From NCBI RefSeq assembly GCF_009914755.1, contig NC_060944.1: a stretch of 64,000 bases of DNA; one strand, 5' to 3'. The stretch's first letter is position 1. Every line of letters starts with the position of its first letter. The notes beneath the pieces were generated by a model. The model searched no databases. It worked only from the letters and a program-made list of their open reading frames with translations, and was not told the DNA's origin. Below are positions 54,830 through 64,000 of the stretch, one piece after another. This DNA is from the human T2T-CHM13v2.0 reference genome, Homo sapiens. Position numbers and translations under genes: made by a program.

Positions 54830-55510
54830 ATGATGGTACTGACAACTCACATTTACTAGGCACTTACCACATGCCAGTACTGAGACAGGCACTATACACG
54901 CATTTCTCACTTAATTCTCACAACTACCTTTCAGGTAGGTACCATTCATATCCCCAATTTACAGATGAAGAAACTGAGGCTTAGCGAGGTTAAGCAGTTT
55001 ATGTTCCATCCTGCAGTGATTACAGACGGTCCTTGACTTATGATGCTTTGACTTACAATTTCTCAGCTTTATGATGATGTGGAAGTGATATGCATTCATT
55101 AGATACTGTACTTCTAATACTCATACAACCACTCTGTTTTTCACTTTCAGTACAGTATATTATAACATGTTGAATCTCATGTTGAATACATGAGATGAAT
55201 AAATATCTCATGTTGAATACATGAGATATTCAACACTTTATTATAAAATAGGCTTTGTGCTAGATGATCTTGCCCAACTGTAGGCTGATGAAAGTGTCCT
55301 GAGCACTTTAAGGTAAGCGAGGCTGAACTATGATGTTTGGTGGGTTAGGTGTATGAAATGCATATCCACCTTACAATATTTTCAACTTACTACAGCTTTA
55401 TCGGGACACAGCCTCATCGTAAGTCAAGGAGAGTCTATTATTAAGTGGCAGAGCCCAAATTTGAAACTACACAGTCAGACTGCAGAGCCTGTGCTCTTAA
55501 CCACTTAGTT
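54830..55510 (-). mobile_element. MIR split by MER47A
   Basis: acagatgaagaaactgaggcttagcgaggttaagca before and aagtggcagagccc...gtgctcttaaccact after the insertion. Confidence 0.8.
55023..55436 (-). mobile_element. MER47A (TcMar-Tigger MITE)
   Basis: TIRs cagacggtccttgacttatgatg / catcgtaagtcaaggagagtct; internal tttattataaaataggctttgtg...tgcccaactgtaggct. Confidence 0.88.
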
Positions 55511-56189
55511 GTGTGACACCTGGCAGGGTATTTAACTTCTACATGCCCTGTTCCCTCATTTGCAAAACACAGATAAGTAGGGATGATAAGATATTCCCTT
55601 CAAAGAATTATGTTGTGTAATTGAGCTAAGGCATTCACCATACTCGCAGTAAGCATTCAGTAGTTTAGGTGCCCTACACACTGGAGCAAGGTTGAGGAAG
55701 GGAAAGGGTACAATCCAATGGGCTATTAATTATTCATTGTTACTGTTGATAATAATAGTTATCATGCATTGAGATCCAACTGAGCATAGGCCACCCTACA
55801 AGGTAAAAATTATGTCTGTTTTACAGATGAAGAAACTGAGTTTCACATAAATTAGGTAAATTACCTAAAGCCATCCAGTTAATAAGTGACAGAACAGAGC
55901 TCTTGTTCAAACACTGGGCCCTTGACTCCAAAGCCTGCAGTTCCCAGCACCCCCAGGGTCACCAAAACCTGGCCTCTCCTGGGGGAGGTCAGGGCTGAGG
56001 CCAACAAGCCCAAGTCACACCCTTTACCACCTGGGACATGATTTTCTCCAGGTGAGCAATGTTTTCTTAAAAGAACAGGAGGACAGTAAATAATTAACTA
56101 AGACAGTTTCTCCCTCCCTGAAGCCAAGGTAGAACCTCCCCCCTACAGCCAACCCCCACTCTCCTCACTCCTGTTTCCTCTGGGCTCAA

Positions 56190-56400
56190 GTTTGTGGCCA
56201 TTAAATAGAAGAGGAGAAAGTTTGAACCAGGCATGAAATATTTATCAGGTAATTACAATATGCAGATTCTGTTCCTAGGGGTGATTTATCTTTTTGGAAA
56301 TATAGGAAAAGGTCCTGGAAACTTGTATCCTAATTGCTTGGCCTATTATTGTAGCAACCAGGTAGAAACTCCATTTACTATGTAATTACAAATTTTCCCA
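56190..56400. promoter_or_regulatory. Homeodomain motif cluster (candidate enhancer)
   Basis: GGCCATTAAA 56196, GTAATTAC 56249, TGATTTAT 56282, TGTAATTACA 56381. Confidence 0.45.
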
Positions 56401-56744
56401 CTACTGGAGGTATCTGCCTCTGCTTCTATCACTGGTGGTCTGGGGACCATATGCTTTTCTGATAAGAGATGAGCCTCTTAGAGGTCAATTTGTCAATTCC
56501 TCTGTCTCCTCTTTGGGTGGCCCCTTTGTAAATTCTAATAGCTATAGGAAATGAAAAAGGTGAGAGTCTCTGAAATTCTGGGATCTCAAGAGAAGCTAAT
56601 TCTAAGTGAAAACCTCCCCGACTGAAGCAGTGCCACTGGTGAGGGGATGTCCAAGGTTGAGAAGCAGCTCTCAGCTGAGTATCCCTCCCCTCCCTTGCTC
56701 TGGCAGAAGTGTCAGCCCTCCCCTTATCTCTTGTATCATTTCCT

Positions 56745-57240
56745 AGGGCCTGCAACTCAACCTCTGGCTACACATTATCAACCTGGGGAGTTTTAAAAAT
56801 CCAGATGCCCAGGCCCTACTACAGGCCAACCAAATTGGAATCTCTGGAGGTGGGACCCAGGCATCAGTATTTTAAAAAACTTGTGGCCGGGCATGGTGGC
56901 TCACACCTGTAATCCCAGCACGTTGGGAGGCCAAGGTGGGCAGATTACCTGAGGTGAGGAGTTCGAGACCAGCCTGGCAAACATGGTGAAACCCCGTCTC
57001 TATTAAAAATACAAAAATTAGCTGGGCATGGTGGCAAGCACCTGTAATCCCAGCTACTCGGGAGGCTGAGGCAGGGATAATTGCTTGAACCCAGGAGGCA
57101 GAGGTTGTAGTGAGCCGAGATGTGCCACCGCACTCTAGCCTGGGCGACAAGAGCAAGACACCATCTCAAAAACAAAAATGAACAAACAAAAAAACTCGCT
57201 GGGGGTTCCAATGTGCAGCGAAAGTTGAGACCCTCTAGAG
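56745..57240. mobile_element. MER5-family element interrupted by Alu
   Basis: ctcaacctctggctacacatta...tggaatctctggaggtgggacccaggcatcagtatttt / ttccaatgtgcagcgaaagttgagacc. Confidence 0.8.
56885..57194 (+). mobile_element. AluS
   Basis: Full dimer; TSD-like aaaaaact. Confidence 0.93.
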
Positions 57241-57394
57241 CTAATAGAAGAGTATCACTGCCTGGTAAATGGGCCCTGCTTATCTGCAAGACTGTGTAAT
57301 TTTTATCCCTCCCTCTCTGGTGCTGGATGAGGCAATTCCTTCACTTTTTAGAACCTGAAGAACATCTCTCTTTCTTCACAAGAAGCTTGTAACA

Positions 57395-57610
57395 CAATAA
57401 CTACCACTTATCGAGCCCCTGCTGAATGCTTGGATCTATGCAAATAAAATTTAATCTGATCTACAGAACAACTCTATAAGGTCAGTGGGTATGTCTATTT
57501 TATGGATGGCTCAGAGAGGTTAAGTAATTTGCCCAAGTTTGTACAACTAGCAAGTGTCAGATCAGGGACTTGAATCACAAACCCATGCTTTTAACCCCTG
57601 TGGTACACTG
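57395..57610 (-). mobile_element. MIR
   Basis: ggctcagagaggttaagtaatttgcccaag. Confidence 0.8.
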
Positions 57611-60326
57611 CCTCTCACTTTCTCAAGGTCAGAAGGGAAGGGCTTCAGGTCCACCATATGAAGTGCCTACGGAATGTCTTGGGGAAGGAAAGACGAGAGA
57701 AGCAAGGAGAAGTATAGAGAAGCAGACAAGGGCTACACATGCATAGGGCATGGAGGGCAGAATGGTGGCTGGGAAAGACTGAAGAGGGTTTGTGGGGTTA
57801 AGAGGAGTTACCTGAAGGAGGGTGTGGTAAGCCAACAAGTGCATGGGAAGGGGGCAGTCGCTATGGAGATAGCTGGGGAGTGGGGGAACGGGGTCCAGGA
57901 GTGGGCGCCGGCAGTTGGAACATCCAGAACAGTGAGCAGTGCCCATCGTGGACTGGGTGGTTGGGGAGTGGGAGGGACCTCGTGTCAGAGGAGGGGTCTT
58001 TGTGAGCGTGCAGCAGTGAGGAATGCTCCGCCATGAATACTAAGGGCAAGAAGAGAAAGAGCCAGAGGGGGCTGGGTGATGTTTAGCTGCTGGGGTGATT
58101 AATGGGGGTGAACGGAGGGTGAAACTCAAGCCCTTCCAACGAAGATGGTGGGGAATGGTTGTCCAAGAACAACAGTGCACTGTTTCATGGAGAAAGCCAA
58201 TGTCCAGGGGAGGGGTGGCTGAGAAAGATGCTAGGCACAGTTGCTCCTTCCCTTTTTTCCCAAGTTCTCTTGATTTACCACCAAACAGTAAATTAAACTA
58301 TATTAGCCAGTTCCAGGGGACCCTCTGGATGGGCTTCCTACCTGCCTCCTGGCTTTGGAGAGACCAAGGAATGTTGGCATGGCTTGGAGAAAGAGTGAGT
58401 GAGGTCTGGGCTGAAAGCTGAGATGACTCCATGGACCACCCCCATCGTGGGGCACAAAATGGTAATGTGTTGGCAAGAGCCACTGGCTCCCTCTGGACCA
58501 GACAGGCACTGAGAGATACATGGGGGTTGGGACTTCAGGTGTCCTGTAGAAAGTGGTAGTGTTCTTAGAGCAGTTTTTAGAGAAGCCCCTTGGCCTCAGG
58601 GAGGGACACAGGGCTCCTTTTCTGTGAGAGAGAGAGAGTTGGGGGAACAAGGAGAGAGGGCTTCCCATGGCTCTGGTTTTAGGGTGTTGACCTGGGTTTG
58701 AAGAATGGAGATAAACCTTGTGGGAAATAACAGGTTTAAGCCACTCTCCCCTCATTTCCTACTGCTGTCTCTTCCTCTAGGTACAGCTGTTGGGAGCTGC
58801 ATCTCCTACCCTCAGTCTCCCTGTCTGTGGTTCCAGAGGGAAGAAGAGGGGAAAAAAAGGATGAAGAGAATTGTTTCAGTGCTGGGGGAGGTGAGCTTAC
58901 AGCAGGGATTTAGATGGGCATTACCTCATGGGATAGGAGCAATTTTCTCCCTCTCCAGGCCTCTCACAGATGTGAAACAACCGGCAGATCTGACTTTCCC
59001 ACCCCTAACCATCAGAGGGGATGATATGACTTGAAACCTGTGCTTCTCGATTGAGAGGCTGGTGGGGGAAAGAGAGGTCAGGAAAAGGGTCCAGATGTGT
59101 GTTCAGGGGTCCCCAGAGAGTTGAGGGAAACTAGCATCTCCTTAGGGTAAGGAAGACAAAATGACCATTCCTGATCCCAGATTGCTTAGATACTGTGCCT
59201 GGGAGTCCTCCCACCTCACCTTAATTCCTGTCTCCACACACAGCTTGGCCAAGTTTCTTCCCCTGTTGGAGTCTCACTCCCAATCCGCTACTCTATCTCT
59301 CCAGGAGCCTACAAAGCACTTTGAAATCCGAAGTTTGTGGGAAGTGGCTGTATTGCACAAATACTCTGAGGTGCAACATTACTTGACTGGTAATGAGGCA
59401 ACCATCCCACCTAGGGCAGAGTTCAAGGACTGCCTTCAAGAGGGGCTGGCCTCAGTTTGCCTGTTACAGAAGCCAAGGGCTAACAGAGGCTCCCCTCTGC
59501 CTCACAAAGAAGGAGATAAATGGGTCCACTGGAGAGCAACGGTCACAATCAAGTCTTAATGATGAATTAATAATTCATAATTACCCCAGACTTGCAGATA
59601 AGCACAAGCCTACTGGAATTATTTCCCAGGGAGGAACACAGTCAGAAAGGGTGAGAAGGGGACTTCAGTACAGACATTACTTCCAGAGGCCGTTAAGTTC
59701 ATTCCTCTGCTTCCCAACCAGAACCCGGAAGAGATTCATTAGCTTCCTTGGCTGATTCCTCCTAACAGCTACCACCCCCTGAGCTTCTAAACAGTGCCAT
59801 ATTGCCCCTCTGTTCTTCATAAGGCCAGAGGACCATTCCTACCAAAGTGACCTCAGAGCCTGGACTCTGGATTTCTGGCGTCTCTCTGTTCTCTGCTCCC
59901 CATTCTGCTATTTACATACGAGGTCCCCTGTAGGAGGGCCTGGTGCTAGGTGTCCCGGCGAGATGTGGACATCTTTCTGGCTCTTCTCCTTCTCTTATCT
60001 AAGTCCTCACATGGTGGGAAAATACCTCTCTAACGCTATGTAGAAAGAGAAGCAGGGAGTGCCCCTTCTAGCGTGGATGCCTTTGGTTCCCAGATCTGGA
60101 TTTGAGGGGCTGGCTCTATCTCTTAAGACATTTACCTAGTATTGATAATGGAGATGGGGCCTAAATAGGGCTAGGGAGGCACACCCAACTCCCGACCCAG
60201 CTCTCTGCTGTTCCCCTTCCCAGTGCACACAATCCCAATTCCCACTCCAGAAATTTTTTTAAAAACATATCTTAAAAGAAACCTCGAAGAGCCAAGCAGA
60301 CCCTCAGCTTCAAGGTATCTCCTCAT

Positions 60327-60376
60327 TCTCTCTCTCTCTCGTTTGCTCTCTCTCTCTCTCTCTCTCTGTCTCTCTG
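60327..60376. repeat. Interrupted (CT)n microsatellite
   Basis: Directly visible. Confidence 0.9.
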
Positions 60377-60727
60377 AATCTACAAAGAAGGAGTGAGTTT
60401 TGTCTCTCCAAGTACTCAGAGCCTTAGATCACAAAGGGGCCTTAGATCCTGGTCTTTAGGAGATCTTTGACCACCACCTCTGCTGTGGCACGACCTTTGT
60501 CAAAATGCTAGAAAGAAGAGAGACTGGCTCTTAGACCAAGGGAATTTGGGATTTGAAAGGTCTTCCAATTACAATTCTATAGATTTCCTTCCCATTAGCC
60601 TTTTCATGTGCATCAAATGTAAATGGCAGGCTAAACCTACAGGATGAAGAGAGTTGAAAGACTGCTGTCTAAAAATGCCCTTTTCCAAATCTGTGGGTGC
60701 AGAAGCATATTGAAAAGCAGCTACCCA

Positions 60728-60898
60728 GCCTGGCGGTGTGGCACATGCCTGCAGTCTCACATACTTAAGAGGCTAAGGTGGGAGGACTACTTGAGCCCAG
60801 GAGTTTGAGGCTTCAGTAAACTATGATGGTGCCACAACAGTCCAGCCTGGGAAACAGAGCTGGACCCCATTTCCAAAAAAAAAAAAAAAAAAAAAAAA
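60728..60898 (+). mobile_element. FRAM / free right Alu monomer
   Basis: Single right arm with A tail; TSD aaaag(c/t)ag(c/t)taccca. Confidence 0.85.
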
Positions 60899-61316
60899 GT
60901 AGTTACCCAGGTAAGGTGGATGATCAAGTACACCCAGTGAGAAGCACACAAACCTTACCCTTTGCCCAACTCTGCCCCTTACCTGGCCCATTTCTGGTCT
61001 CTAGAGGAGGATCAGTTAGGGGGTGTGACCCAAGTTACCCAGATAATTAACTGTGGAAGCACGATTTTTTTTTCACTCCTTTGGCCTCTAAATATGAGAG
61101 ATCTTTACATCTCTTGCCTATCTCCCTCTTATTCTCTAACCTCTCTCCAACATGCACGCAAATCCTAGCAACAAAAAATCCTAAATATAGGAAGACAAAC
61201 CTTCCTGACCTACCATTTTGGCCCACCTGCAACCCCTGTCCCCCGCACACCCACCCCCCAATTTTTTCCTCACCTGAGCCTCTGCTCTTCGCTTCTAAAA
61301 TAAAAAAAAAAGAAGG

Positions 61317-63146
61317 CTCCCTCTCCCTCTCCCCCTCCCCCTCCCTCTCCCCCTCCCTCTCCCCCTCCCCCTCCCTCTCCCTCTCCCCACGGTCTCCCTC
61401 TCCCTCTCTTTCCACAGTCTCCCTCTGATGCCGAGCCGAAGCTGGACTATACTGCTGCCATCTCGGCTCACTGCAACCTCCCTGCCTGATTCTCCTGCCT
61501 CAGCCTGCCGAGTGCCTGCGATTGCAGGCGAGCGCTGCCATGCCTGACTGGTTTTCGTATTTTTTTGGTGGAGACGGTGTTTCGCTGTGTTGGCCAGGCT
61601 GGTCTCCAGCTCCTAACCGCGAGTGATCCGCCAGCCTCGGCCTCCCGAGGTGCCGGGATTGCAGACGGAGTCTGGTTCACTCAGTGCTCAATGGTGCCCA
61701 GGCTGGAGTGCAGTGGCGTGATCTCGGCTCGCTACAACCTCCACCTCCCAGCCGCCTGCCTTGGCCTCCCAAAGTGCCAAGATTGCAGCCTCTGCCTGGC
61801 CGCCACCCCGTCTGGGAAGTGAGGAGTCCCTCTGCCTGGCTGCCCAGTCTGGAAAGTGAGGAGCATCTCTGCTCGGCCGTCATCCCATCTAGGAAGTGAG
61901 GAGCGCCTCTTCCCGGCCACCATCCCATCTAGGAAGTGAGGAGTGTCTCTGCCCGGCCGCCCATCGTCTGAGATATGGGGAGCGCCTCTGCCCCGCCGCC
62001 CCGTCTGGGATGTGAGGAGCGCCTCTGCCCGGCCGCGACCCCATCTGGGAGGTGAGGAGCATCTCTGCCTGGCCGCCCTGTCTGAGAAGTGAGGAGACCC
62101 TCCGCCCGGCAGCTGCCCCATCTGAGAAGTGAGGAGCCCCTCCGCCCGGCAGCCGCCCTGTCTGGGACGTGAGGAGCGTCTCCGCCCGGCACCCCGTCCG
62201 GGAGGGAGGTGGGGGTCAGCCCCCGCCAGGCCAGCCACCCCATCCGGGAGGGAGGTGGGGGTCGGCCACCGCCCGGCCAGCCGCCCGGTCCGGGAGGGAG
62301 GTGGGGGGTCAGCCCCCGCCCGGCCAGCCGCCCCATCCGGGAGGGAGGTGGGGGTCGGCCACCGCCCGGCCAGCCTGGTCCGGGAGGGAGGTGGGGGGGT
62401 CAGCCCCCGCCCGGCCAGCCGCCCCATCTGGGAGGTGAGGGGCGCCTCTGCCCGGCCGCCCCTACTGGGAAGTGAGGAGCCCCTCTGCCCGGCCACCACC
62501 CCGTCTGGGAAGTGTACCCAGAAGCTCATTGAGAACGGGCCATGATGACAATGGCAGTTTTGTGGAATAGAAAAGGGGGAAAGCTGGGGAAAAGATTGAG
62601 AAATCGGATGGTTGCTGTGTCTGTGTAGAAAGAAGTAGACATGGGAAACTTTTCATTTTGTTCTGTACTAAGAAAAGTTCTTCTGCCTTGGGATCCTGTT
62701 GATCTATGACCTTACCCCCAACCTTGTGCTCTCTGAAACATGTGCTGTGTCCACTCAGGGTTAAATGGATTAAGGGTGGTGCAAGATGTGCTTTGTTAAA
62801 CGGATGCTTGAAGGCAACATGCTCGTTAAGAGTCATCACCACTCCTTAATCTCAAGTACCCAGGGACACAAACACTGCGGAAGGCCGCAGGGTCCTCTGC
62901 CTAGGAAAACCAGAGACCTTTGTTCACTTGTTTATCTGCTGACCTTCCCTCCACTATTGTCCTATGACCCTGCCAAATCCCCCTCTGCGAGAAACACCCA
63001 AGAATGATCAATAAAACAAACAAACAAAAAACAAAAACAAACAAACAAACAAAAAGAGTAGAGTTGTCAGGTCAAACATAGGACCCTCAGTCAAATGTGA
63101 ATTTCAGATAAACAGTGAATAATTTTTTTGGCAAAAAAAAAAAAAA
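61317..63146 (+). mobile_element. Full-length SVA retrotransposon (SVA_D-like) with 3' transduction
   Basis: (CCCTCT)n ~61317-61388, Alu-like domain, GC-rich VNTR ~61790-62515, SINE-R, AATAAA 63010-63015, (AAAC)n tail to 63055, extra segment and second A tail to 63146; TSD ending aagaagg at 61316 and 63157. Confidence 0.96.
63059..63130. mobile_element. Half MER53 (hAT MITE) within the SVA 3'-transduced segment
   Basis: tagagttgtcag...cagtcaaatgtgaatttcagataaacagtgaataatttttt resembles the recalled MER53 arm tagggttgccag...ttgaatttcagataaacaacgaataattttt. Confidence 0.72.
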
Positions 63147-63204
63147 GAAGAAGAAGGAATTTTCAATAGTCCCACTTGTCAAGGGAAGACCATCTTTTAA
63201 CCTT

Positions 63205-63560
63205 CAACAGCAGCGAAAGCCGTGTGAACTCTTGGTGAACCAAGATTGAAGTCATAAATCACGCATACAAAGGCGGCTGAGGAGGCTGGCGCGGGCTGCT
63301 GCACCTTTAACGCTTTCTGGGGCTGACAGGCGGCGGCCCAGCTAAAGTTCATAGCGCCCGGGGAGAGTCGCCTCCGCCTCCCCTCCCGCCCCCGCCTCCC
63401 CTCCCCCAGGCCGGCCCCGCCCCCGGCCCCGGACCAGTCCGCCGCAAGGCCGCCTGAGCTGCGAGCTGAGGAGGCCCCTTGGCTGTTCCTGCAAAGGGCC
63501 AGGGGGCGCATTTTCTCTCCTGCCAGCCAGCTCCAGCCTGGTCGTTTATTCCTGGACTTC
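63205..63560. promoter_or_regulatory. CpG island with RARE, PBX-HOX, MEIS and GC-box motifs
   Basis: TCATAAATCA 63252-63261 (rc TGATTTATGA), TGACAG 63324-63329, C-rich GC boxes 63370-63430. Confidence 0.72.
63225..63241 (-). promoter_or_regulatory. DR5 retinoic acid response element GGTTCA-ccaag-AGTTCA
   Basis: + strand TGAACT cttgg TGAACC; both half-sites match RGKTCA perfectly with a 5-nt spacer. Confidence 0.8.
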
Positions 63561-64000
63561 CCTCATCCCCCACCCCCACAGCCTGCTGTATGTAAATAGG
63601 GAAATAGATCTACACGGACACAATAATTTAGCTTGTTTGGTCTTTGGCATTTTCTACAAGACCCCAAGAGATGGACTTTCCTCTCCCCTTCCTCCTTTTA
63701 GAAATGGCATCCTTCATCACTGTCTATGCATGCCCAATTATCCAGATCCCCGGGGCTCCAATAGGGTCTGAGTCATTGGAACCAGGAACACCTGGCTGAA
63801 ACATGCCACATAATTAGATTTTCTTTTTCTTTACCTTTTCTTTCTTATTTTTATAAGAGGGCCGGAATTAGTCTCTTCGACTGGGGCGGAGTAGCTGGGA
63901 TGTGGGAAAGGAACATCTTCATACAACTTCCAGCTTTCAGCCCCTTGGAGAGATCTCCAAGTTCCCCCGAGCCGCCAGGACTTCCTTTCCTCGATCTCTC

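Noticed and set aside
58705-59034. ORF containing HF...WFQREEEGKKR, faintly like the end of a Hox1 homeodomain, lying between the ARE-like module and the RARE
   Set aside because: H-to-W spacing is 25 rather than 27 residues, N51/R53 and helix 1 are absent, and a gene lost that long ago should be unrecognisable. Probably chance; a tblastn/HMM search with coelacanth HoxC1 would settle it.
61565-63007. Long GC-rich ORFs (up to 265 aa)
   Set aside because: Entirely within SVA Alu-like, VNTR and SINE-R sequence.

Overview
Human/hominid non-coding genomic DNA with no credible protein-coding gene; the listed ORFs come from repeats or low-complexity sequence. The window looks like a mosaic of two blocks joined by one SST1/NBL2 (MER22) macrosatellite monomer at ~16.2-18.2 kb. 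The left block (1-16.2 kb) is AT-rich and dominated by old L1, Alu, Tigger/Charlie and MaLR elements, including a full-length THE1. The right block (~18.2-64 kb) is GC-richer and MIR/L2-rich. It has several CpG islands, many homeodomain/PBX-HOX/MEIS motif clusters, a Hoxb1-ARE-like TGATGGATGG+TGACAG module and a perfect DR5 retinoic-acid response element. I infer, from motif content and recalled annotation rather than an alignment, that the right block is a pericentromeric segmental-duplication copy of the gene-less 3' flank of the HOXC cluster (FAM242-family region). It may preserve the regulatory skeleton of the lost HoxC3/HoxC1 genes. The window also holds a Y1 RNA retropseudogene and a full-length SVA with a 3' transduction next to the RARE. 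Repeat subfamily names are from recalled consensus sequences and boundaries are approximate.
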